From Pseudovirgaria hyperparasitica (Eukaryota), in NCBI GenBank assembly GCA_010093815.1, contig ML996568.1: a DNA stretch of 64,000 nucleotides. One strand, written 5' to 3'. The translations under genes and the position numbers were made by a program. Position 1 is the stretch's first letter. Each line of letters begins with the position of its first letter. Below the pieces are notes generated by a model. It worked only from the letters and a program-made list of their open reading frames with translations. It had not been told where the DNA came from and did no database searches. This document shows, one piece after another, positions 1 through 12,412 of this stretch.

Positions 1-784
1 CAAGCTTTCCGGCACGTTGGCGAACAAAGAGTGCTATATCACGCTTGACTAATTCTTCCTCAAGGCTGACATGAATCACTTCAGGGTCTCTCAAAGCTTG
101 CTGCAGGTACTGTTTGGGGCGACTTGTCATCAATAGCTTGATTGTTTTTGGCTTCAGAGTCCCAAGCCGGTTGAGGCGCTCCAGAAACTTGTGATCAAGT
201 TCCATCTCATCAAGAGCATCAACAATGCAGTAGGCTCTTGGCAGAGATTTCAGAGCCGTCTGGAGATGCCGCCAGAGTTCTTCGCTTGACACAGTCTCTA
301 ATGCCACTTTGCTTTCGACGTGTTCCCAAAGAGACACTTGCAGGATGGCGCTAGAAGGCAGTAGCTGAGACAACCAGTCCCGGAGGAGCGAACGGCTGGT
401 CCGATTCTTCTCTATGATATGGCGAAAGAAAAAGAATAAGACTGGAACACATTCGTCTTCGGAGAGTGATTTGACCATAGAAGCAGCGATAACGCTCTTG
501 CCAGCACCAGGTACTGCCTTAATCCAGATAGAACCATGATCGGGCGATAGATGCCACAGATCGAACTGAGTTGTTTCTCGGATCCATTCTCCGGTGCCGG
601 GAGCCTGCGAAGAAAGATGTCGCATGTATTCACTGGAACTCGCGGCGTAATCTGTGGGCTGAAGCCATGCTCGGATCTTTGTCACATCGGGTTGCTTTCT
701 CGCGACAATTTCATTAGCGACATCATCGAGATCGACTCGCTCAAAACTATCACTGCCATCGGACAATTCAGTTTCAGATGTCAT
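1..784 (-). CDS. NACHT-domain NTPase (fungal NLR-like), 5' part; runs off the window edge
   Basis: Manual translation from ATG at 784 is open to base 1: MTSETELSDG...WLQPTDY...GTGEWI...IWIKAVPGAGKS (Walker A)...VLFFFFRH...AYCIVDALDE (Walker B)...LLMTSRP. Absent from the ORF track because no stop lies in the window. Confidence 0.9.
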   Translation of the reverse strand, partial: MTSETELSDGSDSFERVDLDDVANEIVARKQPDVTKIRAWLQPTDYAASSSEYMRHLSSQAPGTGEWIRETTQFDLWHLSPDHGSIWIKAVPGAGKSVIAASMVKSLSEDECVPVLFFFFRHIIEKNRTSRSLLRDWLSQLLPSSAILQVSLWEHVESKVALETVSSEELWRHLQTALKSLPRAYCIVDALDEMELDHKFLERLNRLGTLKPKTIKLLMTSRPKQYLQQALRDPEVIHVSLEEELVKRDIALFVRQRAGKL

Positions 785-1009
785 ACTTCAGATATTCTTT
801 GATCAGATAAAGAGCGCGAATATGTAGACATGGTATTGTCCTTTGGCACCACGAAGAGTTAGTTGCCTATCACGATTAGGCAGCAGTCAGGTGGTGGGAC
901 TCCACCGAATAGAAACTGTGACTGTGGTGAGATGTATGATCATCCATGCGATCTAGCTGTTTTCGGGTGATCCACCGACCGCTCCCAGAAATGATACCTC
1001 TGCACACGT

Positions 1010-1450
1010 GACCTTATGTATAAATTATCCCAGAAAACCATATAGGTCAAGGGAAGTAGACTGATACAAAGTGTTTTCAAGGGTATTGGAGTCGATCTTT
1101 AAGTTACCAGATAGTAATTCATAAGTAAATATATATAAACAGCAATACTTTATTTTATGGTAAGTAAATAGTAATTAGAATCTAAATAGCTAGATCAAAA
1201 CGTACATGTACGTATAACATGTGTGTATATAGCTTAGATTTTCTGTAGATTAGATGCACGTACAACAAAGTATTATATAGTACCATGAATTTTCTTAAAT
1301 TTAATCGTTTCTAGACTGTCTTGAAAAATAACGCTCCTATTCTTCGAAATAGTATTGATGTCTCTTCTCTATATTTATGATTCGAGCCTTGCTATGAGGT
1401 AAGTCTAAGAGACTAGGTATATAAGCAACTAGGTCGCTGTGTGATCAAGG
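1010..1450. other. AT-rich, TpA-rich tract; possible RIP-degraded repeat remnant
   Basis: Local AT enrichment with many TA/TAG motifs and no ORF in the track; no recognisable protein family. Confidence 0.3.
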
Positions 1451-2470
1451 ATTTTAACGGCGCTAGGTCGAATTGCTATCCAATGTAGGGAGTTACTATA
1501 GATGGTGCGATCAATACTACCTTTTAAGTCTCACTTTCCCAACCAATCTCGCCAAAATCCGGGACCCTTAGTAAATTATGTTCCAGAGTGGCTCTAGTCT
1601 GATGAAATTGTTCCAAGATGTCCTCGTTTTAGGAAGAGCGTTGAGAGCCTTTCTTCCGAGCTAAAGAGTGTTGGCATGAACTCTGCACATATGGCTGCGG
1701 GGACTTCTCTCAGCATTGCACGAGATTCGAACTTCGAGACAAGGTCTGCAAATAGTTGTACTGGGCAATGTAAGTTGGTTGGGATTGAGTTTAGATACCC
1801 ACCAGACCTTTAGGACAAACACCAAGCACTTAGTAGTCCGGAGTGTTCGGCTGACTGTGTAAATGGAGGGGTCAACTTTCAAGATTCGCCAACTTGAAAC
1901 AGGGCTGGTTGAGGAGTGGACTTCTAGGAGCCAAGTTATGGGCGTGAAGTAGTTTAGGCAAAGAGCATGAGGGAATAAGGAAAGAGTGTCAGAGCAGCAT
2001 GTCGTTGGTTTCATGCAGGGCAGTATGTGCCCTGACAAACAGGAAATTAGGGGGTACGGAGTTACGTTGTTAATTACGCATCATTAAATAGAAAAAGAAA
2101 AAAAGAAAATTAGAGCATCAATGAATGGAAGACAGAGACCAAATTGAGATTCCTTGTGTCACTTATCGACTCGAAACCGCCTTTTGATAGGTTGGATTAG
2201 CCACAAAGGAAACAGCCGCCATTGACTTCACTATCTTCTTTCTTTGTCCCGGTCTCTGTTCAAGAAGTAAAATTTCCACGTACTATCGCGAATTCATGCC
2301 TTCTTGACGTAGAGAAATGCTGTCAAGTGACTGATTCGTAGTTATTAGCTACGGCGAATATGGAGGCTTTACACCATCTTCTGTTATTGGCCTCGCTAGT
2401 CATACTGGCCATATCTTTGCTGTTCCATTGCTGCTTCTTTCACAAAGTGCTGTAGTGTCTTCCTCAGACC

Positions 2471-3460
2471 TTAAAACAACGCACCGCCCAACAGTCCACC
2501 GGCAAGCAGTCCACCACCCAGACCAGCAGCAAGTGGCATACCCATTCCCATACCACCGCCGTACCTGCCCCCATACCGTCCATACCCTCCTCCATACATC
2601 GACCTTCCATACGGATATGCCGGCCGTGCATACATCCCTGGGGCGGCATACAAGCCACCACCATACGGATTATAATAGTTTCTACCACCCATAGAGCTAT
2701 ATCCGCTTTGCTTTGGCGGAGTGAGGTACAAGTCGTTACCGTCTTTATCCTTGCCAATCAACTGCGGCTCTCCCGTCTGCATCGCCTTTACCATCGCTTT
2801 GCGCAGCTGCATGTGTCGCTCATACATCTTCCGCTCCTCAGCCTCACGTTGCGCACGTGTACGCTGTCGCTCTTCGTGCGTGGTGCCGGTGACTTTGTCT
2901 TTCAGTTTGCGGCCGAATGAGCGGTTGTCGTTGCCTTTGCCTTTATCCTTCCCTCCATCTGGTCGCGGCGGAAGTTCAGCAGTGCCAGCAGAATTTGATG
3001 TTGCAGCAGAGCCAGTTGGCGCATGTTGATGGTCGTCATCACTAACGTCGGAATGTGCATGTATGTAGTCTTCGTGTGAAGGGTCACGCTTTGCGCCACC
3101 CAGGTACGAGGTCATGTTTTCCTGCTCAAGACGTTCACGTTCGGCCGATGGAAGTGACGAGAGGTATTCATCATCGTCGTAGGGATGGTTCCAGATGCTG
3201 CGCGGTGGGTCTCTTGTTGTGTCGACATAGAACTGGTGCGTGCTGTCGGGATCGAAAGTGCGGACCCAGCCTTTTGGGAGTGGGCGCCCCTCATCTTCCA
3301 TAGAGCGGCGGTATTCATCAGGGATTCTGGAGTTTGAGGATGACGATGCGCCAGGGACTTCTAGATGTGAGGAAGTTGGGTTTGATGTTGGAGGAGCTGA
3401 TGAGCCTGTAGCTTCCGTGTAGCTTGGAGGAGCTTCATGCGGGATGCGTGAACCCGACAT
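2471..3460 (-). CDS. WW-domain protein with Gly/Tyr-rich C-terminus (Wwm1-like)
   Basis: LPKGWVRTFDPDSTHQFYVDT...SIWNHP is a WW domain; N-terminal PPSY; C-terminal GLGGGLLAGGLLGG. First ATG is at 3460. Confidence 0.85.
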   Translation of the reverse strand: MSGSRIPHEAPPSYTEATGSSAPPTSNPTSSHLEVPGASSSSNSRIPDEYRRSMEDEGRPLPKGWVRTFDPDSTHQFYVDTTRDPPRSIWNHPYDDDEYLSSLPSAERERLEQENMTSYLGGAKRDPSHEDYIHAHSDVSDDDHQHAPTGSAATSNSAGTAELPPRPDGGKDKGKGNDNRSFGRKLKDKVTGTTHEERQRTRAQREAEERKMYERHMQLRKAMVKAMQTGEPQLIGKDKDGNDLYLTPPKQSGYSSMGGRNYYNPYGGGLYAAPGMYARPAYPYGRSMYGGGYGRYGGRYGGGMGMGMPLAAGLGGGLLAGGLLGGALF

Positions 3461-3655
3461 GATAGAGTAAATAGGAACGCGAGCAAGAGTATCTCTTTTC
3501 GTATTGTATGAGGTCAAATGAGACACTTAGGAGAGTATAAGAATAGCGTGCAGAGAGTACCTAGCTAATTAAGCTACACAAGGTTGAGAGGCATGAAACT
3601 GAGGCTAATTAATTGTGGCAAGCGCGAACCCTGGTGGAACATTGTGATGAGCACA

Positions 3656-3670
3656 TGACGTCAGACGTCA
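3656..3670. promoter_or_regulatory. CRE-like site (TGACGTCA) followed by a GACGTCA repeat
   Basis: TGACGTCAGACGTCA lies about 200 bp upstream of the WW gene ATG and matches the ATF/CREB consensus; function is inferred. Confidence 0.35.
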
Positions 3671-4652
3671 GACGCAACCACTAACGCCTTAGGTAATCTA
3701 CAATTATCCCAAAGCAGAAAGAAAAAAGATAACGCCTCGAGACATAATTCATAAAATCTACTAGATCGTCAAGGCCTAGGTGCTAGTGTTTTCAAGATTG
3801 TCATGAACAACCCCTCACCACATCTAATCGCAACCACATGTGACCATCTTCCCAGTGCTTCTCACGTAATGAATGATGATGCAACTGCATCTCTCTTCAC
3901 TGCAGCTGGCATCGATATCGGCATTAATTCCGGGACTACGGGCACTATGCCACCCAGAAGCGAGATCGGTTCCTCGGGAGTCACCTCATTCTCCTCTCTG
4001 TTCACTGCCAGGGATGGCGTGGGAAGAGCGAACCCAGAAATGCCACCTGCAAATTGCCCAGCCAGAGACATCAAGCCCTCAGGACTTACTTCAGCATCCA
4101 TTTCACCACGGGTCCCTAAGAAAGCCTGCAATATTTTTCTCGTTCATGGTTCAACTTCAACCCCTTGTCATGTTCACCACTCATGACCTCCCTCTTCTCG
4201 GCGATCCTGAATTGCATGATTTCATCGATCGCCGATCGTGAACATCTGCAACGTTCTCAGTAGCCATGTCTTCGGATGGGAATATGATCTGAATCCGTCA
4301 TGTTCTTATCCGCGTTTTCCAGATAGCGTGTAATTACAGTCAGTCGCTAATAATATCGCGCATATCTCCCAGGCTACGCATATGACTAGTCTTCATGTCG
4401 GAAAGAAATCCGTCGATGCTATTGAAGTAATTTAATTGCGATGCTCTTCTTAGGTGATCATGGAGTTTGAGCTGTACAGGATTTCTATCAAGGAATATCA
4501 GCAAAATTTGGATAACAGGTTCAGATACGAAAATATGAGCCAGCAAAGAGAAGAGAAAAAATTCATTTGGGATCTAGATCCACTGACTTCTAATTGCATA
4601 GCTTGTTGATCATCTAAGTGGCTAGAGACGTCCAGATGTCTTAGAAGCTAGA

Positions 4653-5417
4653 TCAGAACCAGCCTTTCTTTTTAGGCAGACCATTCTGGACAAGCGGACT
4701 TTGCATGAATGTCTGCAGTATGTCAACGATCTTTTGGAATGCCTCCACCCAAGCTTTCATCTCAGCCTCTACAAGCTCGTGGTCTGCTCCTAGCTTAGCG
4801 TAGAAGTCCTTTCGGTATGGCAGTTGCCCAAGTAGTGGCTTAACAACAATCTTCACAGCAGCTCCATGGTGATTGCTTAGTGTGTTTCCGTAGCCTTCCT
4901 GGAAACAGGGGCCGAGTTCTTTGTCGGGCTTGGTCAGGTTCAGTCCGATAGATGCAGAAGCGAACTCGAGACCACTGTCGCTGGGATTCAGTTTTGATAT
5001 ATTAGATGCTTTGTTGTTCTTACCGGAGGAGCCACAAAAGACCCTCGGTAGCTGTGCTCTTGCCATCCTTTATCTCATTCTTGACCAGATCTTGAATTGT
5101 CTCCGACTCGGCAGGCTTCTCAAGCTGTCTTGTCCGAACCTTCTTAATATTGTTGGCGAGATCTTTGGTGACAAGAGAGAAGGCTCCGGAGCCGAGAAGG
5201 TCTAGAGGACATCAATTAGTTCATAGGCCGTGCGTCTACTCGCAGATACTGTGAGGAATGATAGCGTACCAAATAGACTTAGGAGAGACTCATTCGCTTC
5301 TAGAAATTCAGATGTAGACACGGCATTGTCTTTGCTCTGATCCACCGGTACATCCACGTAGGATTTCTTGACAGTGCTAAAGAAGGTCTTCCCAGCTGGG
5401 TATGATGAAGACGCCAT
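4653..5417 (-). CDS. het-c2: Glycolipid transfer protein (GLTP), HET-C2 family; 2 introns (5202-5269, 4975-5023)
   Basis: Spliced product: TFFSTVKKSYVDVPV...STSEFLEANESL...KDLANNIKKV...ATEGLLWLLRGLEF...YGNTLSNHH...PYRKDFYAKLG. The GLTP headgroup residues D/N/K/W/R/H are present. Confidence 0.9.
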
Positions 5418-5814
5418 GGTCTTAGATTGCTTGGTGTGGGATTGTAAGTTGCACAAGGACAGAGAGTATTGGAGGGGATGTTGTATGGGCCTTTATGTAG
5501 GTAATAGGGTGGGAGATGTGTGTCGAATAGGAAAGCATCGGCATGTGTTGTTGGACCCTGATGAGTAGTAACCCCACTAGGGCACCTTACCAATTTGAGA
5601 AAAGCGCAAAGGCGGGGCTCATTGGAGATACTGGAATGGAACAAGGGAATGATGCGCTACGGGCCATCGAGAAATGCAAGAGCAGGAAGCGAAGTTGCCA
5701 TAGACTGAAATTAAACTCAGTGGAACGCTGTACCCCTTCAATTCCATTCCCACAGAAATACTTCCGAGTCCATTACATTCAAGTTTTGAGGACCAATCTG
5801 CGCACCGAACAGTG

Positions 5815-6974
5815 ATGTCACCAAGCCACATCCATCATGTTGAGAGTTATTTCAAAGTCGGCGTAATAGCAGGAGATGGAATTGGTACTGAGATCACGGA
5901 GTCGGCCATCCAAGTACTGCAGAAACTGGCAGATGTGAGTGGGTCATTCGTGTGGGAATTTACACATTACGATTGGAGCAGCGACAAGTATTTGGAACGT
6001 GGATGGTATATGCCCGAGGACGGTTTGGAGCAGCTGAAGAGGCATGATGCGATATACTTTGGGGCGGTTGGTTCACCTAGTAAGATCTAGTTTGAGACTG
6101 TGTATACTGTACTCTACATACTAATTGTTGAATAGAGGTTCCGGATCACATCTCTCTTTGGAACCTGATACTACCTATTCGAAAGACGCTGACACAGTAC
6201 ATCAATCTACGGCCAACGCGCATCCTCCCTGGCACTTCCAGTCCGTTAAAGAGTTGCCAGATAGGGGACCTCGACTGGGTATTTGTTCGAGAGAACAGCG
6301 AGGGGGAGTATGCTGGACATGGAGGCATTACAGAAGTCGCTCCTGGTAATGCAATAGGGACCGAATTGGCCATATTCTCGCAGGCCGCCTGCGAGAGAGT
6401 ATTCCGCTTTGCCTTCGACACTGCAAGATCCCGACCTAGGAAGAAACTCACGATGGTCACCAAGAGTAATGCTCAGCGATATGGGATGGTTCTCTGGGAT
6501 AAGATCTTCTGGGAGATCGCCAAAGAATACCCTGACGTTGAGACAGATAAAATGCTCGTCGACGCCATGACCGTACGCATGACGCTACACCCTAAGTCTC
6601 TTGACACGATTGTTGCGACGAATCTTCACGCCGACATCCTTACGGATCTTGCTGCAGCATTATCTGGTAGTATCGGCATAGCCCCTTCTAGCAATCTTGA
6701 CCCAACTCGCCGCAACCCCAGTATGTTCGAACCGATCCACGGTAGCGCGCCAGATATAGCTGGCAAGGGAGTCGCTAATCCCATTGGAGCTTTATGGAGT
6801 GCGGCGGAAATGCTACGATGGCTAGGTGCTGGCAGGGAGGCAGACGAACTGGTGAAGAGCATAGAAACCGTCACTGAGGCAGGTGTTCGAACCAGGGACC
6901 TCGGGGGTGTCGCGACGACGAAGGAAGTGACAGACACTGTCTGTAAAGAGTTAGAAAATATTTATAAGAACTAA
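5815..6974 (+). CDS. Tartrate dehydrogenase/decarboxylase-like (isocitrate/isopropylmalate dehydrogenase family); intron 6080-6135
   Basis: IAGDGIGTEIT...AIYFGAVG..VPDHISLW...VRENSEGEY...TKSNAQ...VDAM...ATNLHADILTDL...SMFEPIHGSAPDIAGKGVANP. Confidence 0.9.
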
Positions 6975-7029
6975 TAGGCAGGCAAGACGATCGTACCTGC
7001 TTCAGCGACCCTTTTGTATCAGATATGCC

Positions 7030-7667
7030 TCATTCCTCGTACTCTCGGGGCATCTCAGACTTGCCGGGCTCAACACGAGTCCGCCTCGAACGGCGGTCTA
7101 CAATGGCTCCCATGCGACTTGGCGGCCACACCACAGCGCGTGCCTTCCCATCTATGAGGTTCAGAGAGATCTAGTGGCTTGTTAGCGACCGAAGCAAGGG
7201 TATGGTGAAACTTGACGTACAGGACCATAGTCATTGCTGTCAACAGATGCGTTTTGCTCATGATTGTCCCCTTCTACCCAAACGTGACCATGCGGTATGA
7301 CGACCTTTTTGAGCGGATGACGTCTTTGTGGGTAGACAATGTCCCCTTCGGTCGCAATGACACGCTTGATGGCCGTGCGGTCCGGGCGGTTTGGCGTCCA
7401 AAAGCTCACGATATCTCCACGCTGGAGTTCCAGTGCGGGTAGAAGTTTCTCCAGTAGAATAGTGTCTCGGTTGCCTGTCTCATGGTACGCTGGGGAGATA
7501 GATGGGGCCATGGATCGGCCGCGGACCCTTTGAACAGTTACAATGTTGTCGGTGAGGAAGACGAAGGTGCCGGCGGCGAGACCAAAGGTAGAAAAAAATG
7601 TACGCTTCTCGCACCAGCTTAGGCTTTGTGGCATCTTTCGCAGGAATGGGAGTCGGAAACTTGGCAT
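7030..7667 (-). CDS. IMP2: Mitochondrial inner membrane peptidase subunit (S26); one intron near the 3' end
   Basis: GRSMAP (catalytic Ser), RGDIV, IKRVIATEGD (catalytic Lys), PHGHVWVEGDN, DSNDYGP, then spliced ISLNLIDGKA...WPP. Exact start is uncertain. Confidence 0.8.
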
Positions 7668-8987
7668 ACTGAATCTCTTTCTTTGCGCGCGCTTCACTTT
7701 GTTCAACGGTCGCGAACTTCTCCGCAGTGCAGCTATGGATCTCCAGTCGACCTCTGCGCGACGGCTGCAGAAGAATGGCTAATGGGAAGGTAGCGAGTAG
7801 CCCTACAGTATGAGTACCTATTAGCTCCAGGGGTCCACCTCACCTGCAATCTCGAGTCAGGTCTGCACGCCTTGACCTCTTGGCATAATCTGTCTTTAGT
7901 GACGTTTCATTCCCGACGCCCATTCTCTGATTACAGAAGAACCCAATCCAATTTATGCCTACAGTATGTACATATATGCTAGGGTCTCGGTGCAGAGCGT
8001 CTCCCTTCACAATCCTCTGCCGCCGAAGGTTGTTCTATCAAGCGTTGTTACGTAAACGACGCATCGCTTGGGTACCATCCAACTGTTTAACGTTTTGTAA
8101 CATGATCTCATATGCGGGCACAGCGGACTCATATTGCGTATGTATGGAATGAGTAGTCGGTCTCTAGAAACTGACTTGGGAGCGTGACGAAAGTCACAAG
8201 AGTTGAGATTCTTCAGACTCTTACTAGACGATCAGTAGAACAATACCTCCCACGTCTTATCTCTCTGGCCGGCGCTTCTGTTGCGTTGCGTTGGTGCTAA
8301 TCTGCGTAGGTACCACGTGGGGCATAATATGTCTACCTAATTATCTTCCATTTGTGTCATCTGCCCACATATGTACGCCGAGCCGGGCTCATATGCAGTA
8401 AGGTCCGCAAGGAAGGATTGATAATGATCATGAAAGACCAGGTCATTACATACAATCTTACATTGTCTAACGCGAACTATAGAGCGCCTTGTGCTCTCGA
8501 AGAAAGAAGAAGCCTTTGTGGCGCCCAGTAAGCAATTCTTTTGCCTCTCCAATGCTGCAAGCCACCGAGCAGTCAAAAAAATATTCGATAGTGATGCCAG
8601 AATCAATCCCGAGCCATCTCCTTGATTGTTCAACGACAATCGAGCTCCTCAGCAACCAGCTATTCGCATCCCAACTTCCACTTGACTCTAACGATCAGTC
8701 CGTAGCAGTTACCCGATCAATCAAGTGTAATAATACGGTGCGATGAGAGTCTCCTGGCGGATGGTGAAGTGGTAGCTTTGCCTCGGTGCAGGAAACTTTG
8801 TCCCCAGCTATCCACCTCACCGGCGCATTTCCTTTACGCAAAATAAAATGATCGCACCACGCTAGTGTACACGCGGGGCTATTTCCACACGTTTTACTCC
8901 GCCGATGATCAGTCTGGGCCGTCTCATTTGCTTTAGCTGTTCCTCCTATGCTTGAAGGATGCGAGATTCTGGGATCTGGAACCAATC

Positions 8988-9016
8988 TTATCAGATGCCA
9001 GATAATCTTATCCGAT
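8988..9016. promoter_or_regulatory. Cluster of iron-responsive GATA (SreA-type ATCWGATAA) boxes
   Basis: 8988-8996 reverse-complements to ATCTGATAA (exact); adjacent CAGATAA on +; 9008-9016 reverse-complements to ATCGGATAA. About 320 bp upstream of the ferric reductase ATG. Confidence 0.6.
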
Positions 9017-9334
9017 GGTGCTAACCTGCTCCAGACGACCAAGTGAACATCGCGCATATGTTGCGTCCTTCCCGTGGACCGTCTTTACAAAAGGCCCGTT
9101 TAGTCTTCCTCCTGCCAGAAAAACGACACTATGGTGGGGCTCTCGCTGTCACGGTGTGACTGTCACACGGTTTTGACCTGCCCTTCAAACCCTGGGACGG
9201 TATTCCCGGTAAAGATCAATACATGCAAAGACTGCCGTACTAGAGACTGGTACATATTTTCTCCTTCCCCATGATACATCTTACGAATAGATCAGCTTCC
9301 TGCTCACCTCTGAGTTTTCTCATGTCCATACACA

Positions 9335-11612
9335 ATGCGGACTAAACCACTTCTCTTTACAGCTTTGGCTGCCATCTTCCGCGGCGTTGCAGCTGCTAGC
9401 GAGCCCAGTAGCACTGCCTGGTGTTTCATAGGGTGTCAACTTGCCGTCGCCGGCATCACTTTCGGCGGGAGCCCTTCTTTGCTGGTAGAAGGCTACTATG
9501 CGTATAATTGTCAGAATGAGCTCCTCGTTCACTCCACGTATGCTTGTACCAAGAAGTACTGCCATGATGAGAAACAATGGGAGGCTGGCTTAAATTATAT
9601 GGAGAAAACCTGCGAGGAGCAAAGTTTTACTCTTCTCGATGGAAACGTCGACGCAATTGCGAATGTTGATTTGGCCAAAGTCGTCGTTGTTGAGACCGGT
9701 GATCTCACTCAATACAACTCGACTGCCATTGCATCCGATGATACGTTTACTATAGCTTACAGGACAATCGTGGGTACACAAATTGGCAAAGACTTTCGAT
9801 TAGCGCCTAATATCATTCCTAGGATGAGTGGTATTCTCAGCGTCAATATCATCAATGGTATAGCAAAGCGATGTACATTTTCTGGGGCATCGTGCTTGCC
9901 CTGGGCGTCGGTGCAAACTTTGCAAGCTGGATAACTTCTCGGAAGGTCTCCTTGCCGAATGTCCCGGAAGACAGTAGTGTTCCTCGTAAGGGTCCTGCAA
10001 ACAAGATCTGGACAGCAATACGGACCCATATCCTGCTACCTGCAACCTTCTCGAAGTCCTGCAGCCAATCCAAGCTCGGAGCCACACTTCCACCGCGTGC
10101 GGAGACTCTCATCATTCTCTCATTCATCATAATCAACGTTGTCTTGTGTGCCGTGTCCTACACTGCATTCCCTGGCAATGCATACTATGCACAGACAAAC
10201 TTGCAAACATGGAGATACTTCGCCGACCGCACTGGTTACCTCTCGTATGCAAATTTGTCCATCTTCTTCGCATTTGGTATTCGCAACAACATTCTCATCT
10301 GGCTGACTGGTTGGGAGTATCCGGTGTTCAATCGCTTTCACCGATGGGTCGCCCGCGTGTCTACTCTGGAAGCTGTATTGCACTCGATAGGCTATACTGC
10401 CTTTTCATTCACGTTTGGTGGATATGCTGACTACTCAGCATCCTTCAAGCAGGAGTACTGGTACACTGGTGTCATTGCCACTACCGCCATGAGCTTGGTG
10501 CTTGTGTTTTCGATCATGTTTCTTCGCATACGCTGGTACGACTTTTTCCTGGTCCTACACATCGTGCTGTCAATCGTTACTCTGGTCAATCTGTTTTACC
10601 ACACGAAAATCTTCAATGGCGAATACAATGGCTTTCTGTGGCCATGTGTAGCATTCTGGGCCTTTGATCGCGCTGTCCGCATTGCCAGAGTTTGCTTCCA
10701 CTGGGCCTTTGCGGCTACACTCAAGGCGCCTCTGGAATATGACACCGAAGGCAACATCCTCCGCATCGATGTCACTAATGTCTTCTCACGTATCGCACCT
10801 CAAGGCGGTGCTTACTATTTCCTGTATGCTTACGCCATTACATTGCCGCTTCAATTCTGATCTAACAGGAACCTAGATACTCCCCTTTCACACTCTTCGG
10901 CTGGGAAAACCACCCCTTTACCCTTGTCCGCTGGCAAGAATCAAGCTCCCCATCACTTCCTGGTAGCCCCGTCATCGACAACGAGAAAACTCCTGACGAG
11001 AAGGTCCCTCAAAACACCACCATAGCGCCAATCTCCTCCACCCCCTCGACCCGCTACACATTCCTCATCCGCCCGTACAAAGGCTACACCTCCAAGCTCG
11101 CCCACAAGATGTCCAAAACTACCAACAAGACCTTCCTCTATGAAGGCCCCTACGGCCACACTCCCGACCTGAGTACATACACTGATATCCTCCTCCTCAT
11201 TGGCGGCAGCGGTATCTCGGTGGGTATATCCGCCATCTACACCGCCCTCGCCACAAACCCGACCGCCCGCATCTCCCTAGTCTGGGCATCCCGCAAAGCC
11301 GCACTCATCGACAGCGTACTCGCGCGTGAACTTAAGTGTGCTGTGGAAACGGGCCGTGTGCACGTCAACGCGCACATTACCCGCTCGTCCGATGCGCACA
11401 TCAGGGCGGAGAACTTGACGGAGAAAATCGAGACTGTCAGGCCCAGCGTGAAGGAGAGGATTGGCGAGGCAGAGAGGGAAAGTGCGGGGAGGCTGGCGGT
11501 CGTGGCGTGTGGGCCGGCGGGTATGATGGATGATGCGCGGAAGGCGTTTGTGGAGGTTCTGCCTGTGGCTAGGGGGCAGATGGAGTTGTTCAATGAGGCG
11601 TTTTTCTGGTGA
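9335..11612 (+). CDS. Ferric/cupric reductase transmembrane component (FRE family); introns 9770-9822, 10824-10876
   Basis: Signal peptide and Cys-rich N-terminus; ADRTG...RNN..IWLTGW..FNRFHRWVAR...H; ENHPFT (FAD); EGPYG; LLIGGSGI; VACGPAGMMD; EAFFW end. Confidence 0.92.
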
Positions 11613-12412
11613 TTGTGCTGGATGATTGCGGTAGAGCATACTAAAGGGGGGATAAATGATAATGTGTGGGACGACATCTTGTACGAATTTGCTTATGGTG
11701 CCGAGCCTCGGTGCTATGTGATAAGACAGACCTTACTACTCTCTTGCCTGGTTGACAGGTGGTAGTATGCTGATATCTCAGCAACTAGATCTCGGTGGAA
11801 GATCTAATCAAGGCGCCACTTCAATTCTGCAAAATACTTGTGAGTAAACCATCGATATACTTATGCGACAGCTTATTCGAGTATCACTCGAGTATGCCTT
11901 AACCATCAACACGGCACGCAGAGGTACGGTCCGAGAAATCCCAACTGTTATCCTAAATTACGATCGATCGAGGATTGGAGGACCTCTAATACTTGGGACC
12001 ACCGCTTGTCCATAAGACGAATGAGGAGATCATGCACAAGTAGGGTGCAAGTTTGCGTGGAAGACTGATAAACTACTGTGAGTAAGAGGAACGGGCAATG
12101 CCAGCTTTGAAGATCATTGACTGCACTACGACTAGTCAGCCCCGACATTGAATTAGCTTGAATGTTTTGTATATGCAACGTGGTCGTAAGCCCTAAGCCG
12201 ATCTGTACCATGACAGAGTGGAAATCGTCGATTCATCAGACTAAAAGTGTTTAAGCCTGAAAACCACAAACGCAGTCTTGGCAGGTCACATCCCATTCCA
12301 TCCCATGCGCCCAACAAATCTCACGATGGTTCCACCACGCCTCCAACATATATAACCTCATCTTTCCACACCACATCCCCATCTACCACCCCCTAATTCG
12401 AAAATCGAAATC

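Noticed and set aside
1450..2110. LINE 3' end with A-rich tail
   Set aside because: An A-rich run is present near 2085-2110, but no RT or zinc-knuckle motif or TSD could be recognised.
3803..4546. Short ORFs between the WW gene and het-c2
   Set aside because: No recognisable motif or consistent gene model.
5815..6974. Recent bacterial horizontal transfer of tartrate dehydrogenase
   Set aside because: It has a canonical intron and the family is common in filamentous fungi; a phylogeny would be needed.
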